Made by a program: the position numbers and the translations under genes
In this document: positions 1-8,283 of the stretch, piece after piece
How the letters are laid out: each line of letters begins with the position of its first letter
How positions within the stretch are numbered: the first letter of the stretch is position 1
The notes under the pieces: model-generated
Told to the model about the DNA's origin: nothing
The model's input: only the letters and a program-made list of their open reading frames with translations
Database searches by the model: none
From: Barthelona sp. PAP020
Lineage: Eukaryota
Direction of reading: 5' to 3'
DNA length: 32,844 nt
NCBI GenBank assembly: GCA_040182905.1
Contig: JARQWU010000102.1
Location: 1-32,844, forward strand

Positions 1-294
1 TGTGAGTTCCGTATATTGATCACAACCGATCTTTTGGCTAGAGGTATCGATGTTCAACAAGTTTCTTTAGTTTTCAACTATGATGTTCCCACCGGTGACA
101 ACGCCCGTGAAACATATCTTCACCGTATCGGACGTTCTGGTCGTTATGGTAGAAAAGGTTTTGCCATTAATTTCGTTACTCCTAACGACTACGACTTCAT
201 TATTTCTTTAGAAAAGCATTATGAATGCAGTATTGCCGAACTTCCCGGTAACATTGGAGAAATTATCGCCAAGGGTGCTGCTGATGATGAATAA
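1..294 (+). CDS. eIF4A: DEAD-box RNA helicase, eIF4A/eIF4AIII family, 3' end (5' truncated by window)
   Basis: Frame is open from base 1. Motif [18 protein letters not shown] and motif [15 protein letters not shown] are present. Confidence 0.9.
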   Translation, partial: CEFRILITTDLLARGIDVQQVSLVFNYDVPTGDNARETYLHRIGRSGRYGRKGFAINFVTPNDYDFIISLEKHYECSIAELPGNIGEIIAKGAADDE

Positions 295-389
295 TGTTTG
301 TTGTAGTTGCCTAATTTAAAATCAGTCATTCTTTTTTTTTTTTTTCACCAGGGAGGGAAAACCCACAAATAAACAAAAATGCAAGAAAT

Positions 390-2084
390 TTATTGATTCC
401 AATCCCAATCAAACTCGGGGATAACTTCTTTTTTCAGATTCGTGTTGATAACATACAGGTTATTGAACAAACACATCAAATTAAAGTCAAAATCAAAATT
501 CTTTGAAATTAAAAGTTTCAAAAGATTTTCAATTTTTCTGAAATTTTTTGGAATGTTTGCTAACTCTATGTTCAGAAATTTTGCAAGATTTTCATCGAAT
601 AGGATCATTTGACCACAATTTTCAAATCTGTCTTTTACAATTAATCTGCAAATGATTTTTTGTTCAGAGCTCTTAGCAAGTGTTTTTTTGTGTTTTTGTC
701 CATTTCCAAGACTGTCATTACTGCTGTGAAAAGAATCAGAAGATTCAACATGGGGTAAGATTTTCTCTTCTGTCAAGCCCATTTTGCTTCGGGTTCTACA
801 TGTAAAACAACTCAAGTTCTTCACTAATGGATGATAGACATGATATCTCCCACATTTACATAATTTATGTGTCCATACTATCACTGGTGATATGGAGACA
901 ATTCTTCCATTCAACCTATACTGATTTTGGTGAACAGGACGTCGAACCAACATCAGTTCAGCGGAGCGAATCCGAGATTGAATAAACCCCTGATTTATTG
1001 TTAACATTGTTTCTTCCAAATGAAGATGCTCAATCTGAGTAGCCACAATGTTTGAAAAGTCTATTGCGTCGTTTTGCAGTGAGTCTTTGGTGTGACATTC
1101 CACATTTGTGGTGGTTACAATTTGAGAGCTTTCTTTTGGTGTACTGACAGAAATATTACTTTGCAATAATTTAGCAGAATTTTGGGCAATGGAAAAGTTT
1201 GGACTAAGTGAGATATCTTTTGTCTGCGAAATGGCGTTAATGAAATTCCTCTGCACGTCTCTAGCATCTGGCGAGTTATCTGCAATGATAATGATTCTAG
1301 ACTTGTCATTTAATAACAGCCTCACAGATTTTCCATGGTCCTCCTTTACGATCTGCATCTTCTTAACGATAAGATAATCCCCATTCTCCAGTTGAGTCCT
1401 TTGTAATGGGAATATTCTCTCCCGATCGATGTTGATATTTACATATTGCCCAATAGGTAAAGGCCTTAGAGATTTCGCAGAAGATGGCAGATTTTCATCA
1501 GTGAACCAACGACTGTTTATCAAATCAGAATTTGTTGTTCCATCTGAACATACAAGACTTTCTGCATTTTTGAAAATCAACCGGACAGTCATACATTCAA
1601 TTATACTTGATGAAATAGGGATGGTAGAAAAAGTAGTTGAAAACGTTCTGGCTAGTGTAATCGAACCATGTTCAGCAACAACTCGCTTTCTGTAGAGAAA
1701 TGCTTGATTTAAACCATCAAAATCCTCAAAATTTTTATCACCACCAATGAGCTTGAATTGAATTTCGTTTTCATCCTCAAACAATCGAAACAAAGATACA
1801 ATGGACTCTTTTTCATTCTTTTTATTGTTGTTTTCCATCAATAACATTTGTAATTTGGAATTATACTGACGATAACTAGGTTTATTTATGTAGATAATGT
1901 CATAAGGTCGTATTTTTGTTGCCCAATCAAACTTTTCAGAATTAATATCTAATATAAATAGATTCGCATGTATATCTTGATCAAATTTTGAAGATTTTAA
2001 TCTGCAAAGTATCATAGGATTCTTTTGGGTGTATGTTGGAATGGAAACTTCAACCACTGTTGCAAATAGTATTTCTGAATTCAT
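390..2084 (-). CDS. POT1: POT1/TEBP-alpha-like telomere ssDNA-binding OB-fold protein
   Basis: OB1-like ATVVEVSIPTYTQ...IRPYDIIYINKPSYRQYNSKLQ. OB2-like LVCSDGT...LENGDYLIV. S/T-rich linker. C-terminal OB with CKC...CFTC and RLIVKD...MILFDENLAKFLNI. Confidence 0.7.
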   Translation of the reverse strand: MNSEILFATVVEVSIPTYTQKNPMILCRLKSSKFDQDIHANLFILDINSEKFDWATKIRPYDIIYINKPSYRQYNSKLQMLLMENNNKKNEKESIVSLFRLFEDENEIQFKLIGGDKNFEDFDGLNQAFLYRKRVVAEHGSITLARTFSTTFSTIPISSSIIECMTVRLIFKNAESLVCSDGTTNSDLINSRWFTDENLPSSAKSLRPLPIGQYVNINIDRERIFPLQRTQLENGDYLIVKKMQIVKEDHGKSVRLLLNDKSRIIIIADNSPDARDVQRNFINAISQTKDISLSPNFSIAQNSAKLLQSNISVSTPKESSQIVTTTNVECHTKDSLQNDAIDFSNIVATQIEHLHLEETMLTINQGFIQSRIRSAELMLVRRPVHQNQYRLNGRIVSISPVIVWTHKLCKCGRYHVYHPLVKNLSCFTCRTRSKMGLTEEKILPHVESSDSFHSSNDSLGNGQKHKKTLAKSSEQKIICRLIVKDRFENCGQMILFDENLAKFLNIELANIPKNFRKIENLLKLLISKNFDFDFNLMCLFNNLYVINTNLKKEVIPEFDWDWNQ

Positions 2085-2192
2085 CTCATTGTTTCATTTC
2101 ATCATTAATGATTCAATTTGAATGGTTGAATAAAATTATATCTTTCTGTTTTTCTTCTCTTTCTTCTTTCAAATTATATTTTTTGTTTTTGA

Positions 2193-3470
2193 ATGATTAC
2201 TCCTTATTTTATTGTTAATCAAACAGATGGTTTTATTCAAATTGATATACGAGCACCACATATTAAAACAGAAAGTATAGAATATTCCATTGTAAGGAAC
2301 GTTTTTCGATTTTATTGTGACCCTTTTTTTTTAAGATTAACTTTTGAAAAAGAATTTAATCCTAAAATTCCAGAAACAGTGTCATATGAATGGAAAACTG
2401 GTTTTGTTCATTTTGAATTTGCTAAAGGTAATAGTGGTGTTACTTGGAACGATTTACAATTAGTTAGTAAGTTATTAAAGTCTCAAACAAATTCCGAATC
2501 GTCTACCAATATTGAAATAATTGATGATGAGCCGATTGAGATGTCTTGGGAATTAGATCAAGAAGAGGTTTGTATCAAAGAGTTCAACAAGTTCAAATAT
2601 GGGTTTGATAATAGACATCAAAATTTCTTTGCAAATTTTTTCGATGATCCTTTGAGAGTTGTTGATCTCGTCGATCCAGATAACACAGAGCCAAAGGAAA
2701 GGACCAGACTTCGATTAGATCATGAAGCCAATTTTTTTGATGCTGAATGGCTTTTTAATGATGTGATTGAGTTTGATACTTTAAATACAGCGTTAAATGT
2801 TGTTATGCCATGGGATGTTGGGTTTGAATGGTCTGAAGATGAGGAGGAAGATAATTATGACTTGAGATTATTGGGAGTTGAACATTTCTCTCAAGATGAA
2901 CAGCAGATACTGAAATTAATCCCAAAAACATTTGGAGCAGTTGAAAAACCAAAGATGTGTAGTTTTATGCTTATTGATATTTGTTTTTCAACTATTTTCA
3001 ATCTTAGAATGTCGTTCTGTTTGGAAAACCCAGAATCTCCATGGAACATCACGAAGATATCACCAACATTTTCTTTCTTTGAAACGTTTAAGACTTTGAA
3101 ATCGTTGTTGCAGGCATTAGCGAGAAGAACTTTGACCTATCCTTTGTTACGTTCATGGGAGTTCTTCGTTAAATGCTTAAAGGATTTGGTCACACTTTTT
3201 AAGAAGGGACAATCTTTCGTGGTCAAAGTTTTGTTATTGACAAAGTATACTTTGGAAAAAGATAGCGGTAAACACGTTTTGAACAAACTCTACGTGGATG
3301 AACTCATCATTTTTTGTCAATTCTTACCTCCCAGTTTATTCAAGGATTTGACCGAGGAATTAGCCGATCAAACTCTTCATATTTCTCCCAGTATTTTGGG
3401 ACCCGTTGAGGAAGTCGTAAAAGCATGCACCAACATATTTAATCAACAAATGAATAGTCATCAACAATAG
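2193..3470 (+). CDS. SHQ1: H/ACA RNP assembly factor SHQ1
   Basis: N-terminal CS domain MITPYFIVNQ...DPFFLRLTF. SHQ1 domain motifs YGFD, ESPWNITKISPTFS and RRTLTYPLLRSW. Confidence 0.93.
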   Translation: MITPYFIVNQTDGFIQIDIRAPHIKTESIEYSIVRNVFRFYCDPFFLRLTFEKEFNPKIPETVSYEWKTGFVHFEFAKGNSGVTWNDLQLVSKLLKSQTNSESSTNIEIIDDEPIEMSWELDQEEVCIKEFNKFKYGFDNRHQNFFANFFDDPLRVVDLVDPDNTEPKERTRLRLDHEANFFDAEWLFNDVIEFDTLNTALNVVMPWDVGFEWSEDEEEDNYDLRLLGVEHFSQDEQQILKLIPKTFGAVEKPKMCSFMLIDICFSTIFNLRMSFCLENPESPWNITKISPTFSFFETFKTLKSLLQALARRTLTYPLLRSWEFFVKCLKDLVTLFKKGQSFVVKVLLLTKYTLEKDSGKHVLNKLYVDELIIFCQFLPPSLFKDLTEELADQTLHISPSILGPVEEVVKACTNIFNQQMNSHQQ

Positions 3471-3543
3471 TCAAAAAGCACATAAAAAATTCAATCTCTT
3501 TTTTTCAATTGAAACAAAAAAAATCTTTTCCAATGGAACTTTA

Positions 3544-3975
3544 TTATTCAGAGTAAATAGCGTGACATTTACCACAGTATAAACGGGTAACTTTACCCTT
3601 TTCATCCTTATGGGCAGCCAAATGGAAACTTGGACCACACTGTTCACAATGAAGACGAAGACGTTCAACAGTACCATCACTCTTAACATTGTAATAATGA
3701 AGAGCAGCTAATTCAATTTTCTTATGCTTATGAGCTTGTTTCTTGGGTGTTTTATAAGCTTTTTTTTTACGCTTTTTTTGCTTACCACCATCAAGAGGGG
3801 CACAAAGTTCGATAATCATATTATCTTCCAATTCAGAAAGAACAGATCCATTGGAGAAAAGACGTTGAGACGTGGGAGCAATACCATGTTGCTTAGCGAT
3901 CTCCTGTTTCAGCAAATCAAGCGTCTCAGCTTGTGCGAATGTGTTTTTGACCAAACCTTTAACCAAAAAGTGCAT
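3544..3975 (-). CDS. RPS27A: Divergent ubiquitin-like domain fused to 40S ribosomal protein eS31 (S27a)
   Basis: A 64-aa Ubl ending in LDGG, then KKRKKKAYKTPKKQAHKHKK and a CEQC...YCGKC zinc ribbon. Confidence 0.95.
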   Translation of the reverse strand: MHFLVKGLVKNTFAQAETLDLLKQEIAKQHGIAPTSQRLFSNGSVLSELEDNMIIELCAPLDGGKQKKRKKKAYKTPKKQAHKHKKIELAALHYYNVKSDGTVERLRLHCEQCGPSFHLAAHKDEKGKVTRLYCGKCHAIYSE

Positions 3976-3976
3976 C

Positions 3977-4030
3977 CTAAATGTTAGTGAAAAATTATCA
4001 ATTAAAAAATGGAAATGAATGTATAAATAC
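3977..4030 (-). other. Probable 54-bp 5'-UTR spliceosomal intron of the Ubl-eS31 gene
   Basis: Minus strand GTATTT...CACTAACATTTAG ends 1 nt before the ATG. Same signals as the frame-validated introns in this window. Confidence 0.65.
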
Positions 4031-4304
4031 CTTTAAAAGATATTATTTCAATGAATTAAATCATAATAAAACTACTTTGAATTGCCTCCTTAACAAAAAA
4101 ACCTAAAGATTTTTCCCCAAAGTTTTATGTTTTTTATTCTTTTTGAAAGTTTTTTATTTTCTTTAATCCTTCATATTTTTCATATTTTTTAAGACCATTG
4201 GTATATTTATTAATCATAGGTTTGAAATTCTTCAATAATACTGATACCTGTAAAAAAAAAAATAATTTATTTATATCACTCATTTCTTACATACAGATGG
4301 TAAT

Positions 4305-5660
4305 TTAACCACTTCTTTGTGGTAAATCGTTTAAACCGAACCCAAAACTAACAGAACCAATTTTTTCTTTAATATTTTCGTTCGGGTTTGAATGATTTTC
4401 TTCTTTTGATTGAAAAGAGGAGATAATATTTGTTCTCATGTGTCCTAATTTTGTTGAATTTGTTGAAGGAGTTTTTTGCAAAGTTCTTGCTAAAGTTGGT
4501 GATCTATTATTAGTCTTATTTACTGCAAAAGATTGGGAGGTGAATGAAGAAATGGGTGTTAATACTTCAAACTTGGAATTTGATGTCCTTGGTGTTTTTA
4601 ACGAGAAATTAACGGAATCTGACAAAACTGGATTTGTAACTGCAAAACTTGTTGAGCTATCAACTGCTGTTTTAATGGCAGTGGCATTTTCTATTTTTTT
4701 TTCGTCATTTTTATTGAAATTTGTAAGTGTATTCATTGACGGAATGTGTGTCTGGAATCTAAGAGGTGGCTTTTGTTTTTGGAAAGATATCGAGCTTGGC
4801 AATGTTGAAAATTGGTCTTCGTCAATGAAAGCTCTTTGATTTGGATCCTTTTCCTTGTATTCATTCTTTTGAGATGTTCGTGATACATGGGATGTTTGTG
4901 AAAGAGTGTCTGATAGTATGGTTTCAGATGCTTCATAACTATCTAACGAGAGTTCTTCTTCGTCCATTTTCTTTGAGGTGCCAAAGAAAGCATCAATATC
5001 CTTTTGCAATTCAAGTAAAGCTGGGTCAAGTGAAGTCACTTCTCCACGTTCATCAGTCTTAATGCTTTTCACTGAATCTTTTTTGATCAAATATTGATTT
5101 CGCAAAGTTTGGGTCTTTAGAGAACGAATCTCTTCATTTAATCGCATGTTTTCATCTAAGCAAGCCTTTAACTCCCCAGTAGACTCAATCAAATGTTTTT
5201 TTTGATTATTGACTATTTTTTTCAGTTCAATATTTTCTTCATGAATGTTTTGAAACTTTTTTTCGAATTCTCGCAATTTTCTCGATAAATCTACATTTTT
5301 ATGTTGTTCTTCCAGTATTTTCATGCTAAAATTTTGCTTTGCCTTTCTTGCTGCAAGTTGAAAACCCTCCAAATGTTCAGAAAATTCCTTTTCAATATTT
5401 TCTAACTTTTGTTCTAATTGAAGATTTGTATCATTTAATATTAATATTTGATGTTTTAATTGAGTATCATTGTTATTGGCAGTGGAAACGAAATGAAAAT
5501 GTTGTTGACACTCTTTTAATTCTTCTCTTAATTGTTGCACTTTTTTTAAAGCATCATCTCGTTCTTCTTGTGTTTCATTCAATTGATTTTGTAAATCTAG
5601 AATTTGTTTTTTTTGCAAATTAATAATTTCATTTGAATGTATCATATCAACATTCTCCAT
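4305..5660 (-). CDS. Coiled-coil protein with S/T-rich disordered C-terminus, unknown function
   Basis: Long ORF with E/K/Q/L heptads in the N-terminal half. First ATG is at 5660 (the track start at 5717 is TTG). Confidence 0.75.
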   Translation of the reverse strand: MENVDMIHSNEIINLQKKQILDLQNQLNETQEERDDALKKVQQLREELKECQQHFHFVSTANNNDTQLKHQILILNDTNLQLEQKLENIEKEFSEHLEGFQLAARKAKQNFSMKILEEQHKNVDLSRKLREFEKKFQNIHEENIELKKIVNNQKKHLIESTGELKACLDENMRLNEEIRSLKTQTLRNQYLIKKDSVKSIKTDERGEVTSLDPALLELQKDIDAFFGTSKKMDEEELSLDSYEASETILSDTLSQTSHVSRTSQKNEYKEKDPNQRAFIDEDQFSTLPSSISFQKQKPPLRFQTHIPSMNTLTNFNKNDEKKIENATAIKTAVDSSTSFAVTNPVLSDSVNFSLKTPRTSNSKFEVLTPISSFTSQSFAVNKTNNRSPTLARTLQKTPSTNSTKLGHMRTNIISSFQSKEENHSNPNENIKEKIGSVSFGFGLNDLPQRSG

Positions 5661-6038
5661 TGTAATATTTTCTTTTTGTTCAATCGTTTCTAAATATACA
5701 ATTTTTGAATGACACAAAAATGTTTTTGATTTTCGCCACTAATTTTTTTTTGTTTTTCTCATTTATGAACTTGAATTATCAAAAATTATACAAGCTTTTA
5801 ATAATTAGATTGATTTAAGATATTCAATTTAAAAATTTTAGTGTCTTTTCAAAAATATTTCGTTTGAACATGTAAACATCACCCTTTTATTGGAATTTTG
5901 ATATTTTTATTTATATAAGTTTATGAATATCATCTTTCTTTCAAGCAATATTGATCAAAAAACGATTACTAAGGTTTGTAATTTCTTTTTGTTTGCAAGA
6001 TTAATTTTTTTTTAAATATCAGAATTAAATGAATAAAT

Positions 6039-7523
6039 ATGGATAACAATGATACTGACCATGAAAATGATGAACCGATGATACTTGAAAAGAATTTTGA
6101 TGATCCAAATTATGTAGGTATTAATTTTAGAATGCCTAAACCTGATCATTCATTGTCTTTGATTATATCATCTTTTCTTGAAGATTACCAAAAGTTTTCT
6201 CCACCTTTGGCCAAATGTTTAGCCTATTTTTCAATGTTAAGTTATACTGGTATTCGTGGTTATATTCCATCTGTTGAAAAACTGAATTGGGTTGAGAGAT
6301 TATCAGTTATTTCTGTAAAGTCTACTGACTTATTCTGTTCGCTGTGTGAAGTCAATTCTGAACGTGGTAGAGCATTAATTATTGTGTTCAGAGGCACTGA
6401 CACCCGTTCTAAGAAGAATATAAAATTGAATTTAAAATTTCGGAAAAAGAAGCTGCTTCATTCTAGACTCTTTGGTAATGCACGTGGTCATGATGGGTTT
6501 GTTACTGCTTATCGATCATTGGGGTTTGAGATTGTCAAAGACATAAATGCTAGGATTTGCCAGCTCCTTTTTGAAAAGAAAGCCAATACGGTTGAAGATG
6601 AAGATGACATGCCTCGCATATGCGAATGCGTGTTACCTTCATATTTTTGTAATGGACGTAGTTCTGGAGATTCAACTGACCATACAAACGATGATAAAAA
6701 AGAGAAATCAGATGTAGATGAACAAGAAGAGGACGTTGAAGATGACACATGCGATTTTGAAACAGTCAATTATTTAAAGACATTTACGAACAAGGGAAAA
6801 ATTCCCTTTGAATCAATAATCCTTACTGGTCATTCACTTGGAGGAGCTTTGGCGGCCCTTTGTTCACTTCATCTTTCTATCTTGTTTCAAGAAGTTTTTC
6901 ACATTGAACCCAAGAAAGTAAGTGATGTTGATTTCCCTGAAAGAAACCCTTTGATTCCTTCCATTGTCTTGTATACATTTGGATGCCCAAGGGTTGGCAA
7001 TTCATCTTTTTGTCGTAATTTGCAGAAGAACCTTCAAATATCCTACAGAATCTGCAATAAGAATGACTTGATCACAAAATTACCCCCATGGAACTGGGGC
7101 TATGCACATTTTGGCGTCAAAGTTAAAACCGACGTATTTTTCAATTCTCGGTTTCAGGTGTTTTTAAAAAATCAAAAAGTATTAGTGGGATTTGATGATG
7201 ACTATTATTTGGATGAAGATTCAGACCTGGAAGAAGCTTTGAATTTCTTTGATAGTTTACCAAAAAGAAGCTTTATCGATGCACATAGAACATATTTGGG
7301 AATCACCACTCCTTATGGGTTCTTAAAGGAATGCAAATATATTGAGTTCAAGTTATCTGGTCGTTCACCAAATGTTTTGTCCAAGAGCACCTTTCTCAAT
7401 TCAGTTGAAAAAGTTAAAAATAAATCTGTTGGGAGCGTTTACGATTATAAAAGAAAAAAACATCAACACAAACATAAGCATAAGCACAAGCACAAGCATG
7501 AGAACGTTAACAGATCAGTTTGA
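6039..7523 (+). CDS. Class 3 lipase (alpha/beta hydrolase)
   Basis: IIVFRGT, HDGF, nucleophile elbow LTGHSLGGALA, YTFGCPRVGN, DLITKLPP and YAHFG. Has an acidic insert and a C-terminal His-Lys repeat. Confidence 0.92.
   Translation: MDNNDTDHENDEPMILEKNFDDPNYVGINFRMPKPDHSLSLIISSFLEDYQKFSPPLAKCLAYFSMLSYTGIRGYIPSVEKLNWVERLSVISVKSTDLFCSLCEVNSERGRALIIVFRGTDTRSKKNIKLNLKFRKKKLLHSRLFGNARGHDGFVTAYRSLGFEIVKDINARICQLLFEKKANTVEDEDDMPRICECVLPSYFCNGRSSGDSTDHTNDDKKEKSDVDEQEEDVEDDTCDFETVNYLKTFTNKGKIPFESIILTGHSLGGALAALCSLHLSILFQEVFHIEPKKVSDVDFPERNPLIPSIVLYTFGCPRVGNSSFCRNLQKNLQISYRICNKNDLITKLPPWNWGYAHFGVKVKTDVFFNSRFQVFLKNQKVLVGFDDDYYLDEDSDLEEALNFFDSLPKRSFIDAHRTYLGITTPYGFLKECKYIEFKLSGRSPNVLSKSTFLNSVEKVKNKSVGSVYDYKRKKHQHKHKHKHKHKHENVNRSV
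7461..7499 (+). repeat. Hexamer-like CAYAAG repeat encoding an (HK)n tract at the lipase C-terminus
   Basis: catcaacacaaacataagcataagcacaagcacaagcat translates to HQHKHKHKHKHKH. Confidence 0.8.
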
Positions 7524-7769
7524 TTAGAATGAGAGTTTACAAGAAGAATAAAAGGTTAAAATTTTATTTTTATGTTGATACATTTAGTTGAGGTGTGTGA
7601 TATTGTGGGATTTTTTTTTTTGAAAAAGAACGTTGAGGGGATGTTATGTGGGTGAAAAGAAAGCAATCAAAAGGGATCAATTCAAGACTTTTCAAGTGAG
7701 AATTGTTGTCATCGTTGCCTCTTAGTTTGTGGTCCCCATGCTAGATTCATTCTCCCAAACATTCAATCA

Positions 7770-8114
7770 GTCAATAGCAACATAGAGCAGCCATGCTCAC
7801 AGACAGTTCAACGAAAATTGTGAAGCTCTATGACATCAGTATTGCCAACTCAATCGAGTATGCTGAAAGACGCAAAAAGTGCAAGTTCGGTGAAACGTTA
7901 TTCCTCTGGTGTTTTCAGAGACTGGTCTTTTCTCAAGTACAGTCTCTACTTTCTTCAACAAGTGTCTGTCCCCACGTCAAGAACACGCTCTGGCCTCACA
8001 TCAGGTACAGGCTCGCTGGACTTCTCGCAGAGTTCTGGGCCCTGCAACAGGCAACAAAGTAACAATATGTAGAATTTGTGTTATAAATAGGTAAAACAGT
8101 AGTAGTAGCAGTAT
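7770..8114 (+). mobile_element. Decayed 3' fragment of a non-LTR retrotransposon (restriction-like endonuclease domain)
   Basis: Joining two frames gives RAAMLTDSSTKIVKLYDISIANSIEYAERRKKCKFGETLF/PLVFSETGLFSSTVSTFFNKC/PHVKNTLWPHIRYRLAGLLAEFW*. This resembles the PD..D..K..KY..PhVhE.xG layout of RLE domains. GC is elevated and a (GTA)n-like tract follows at about 8098-8114. Confidence 0.5.
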
Positions 8115-8283
8115 TCATCCAATTTGGGAAGGGAAGAATTGACAGCATCATCCAAAACAAAAAAAGACTGCTGTATCTACAAACAACATAACAAGACGCC
8201 AATTGACATGGTTGAACACTCTTGAGAGGTTATTTTAGCAAAGACAATGTGAGTGAAACAAAGAAAAAAAGCAAAAGACACAA

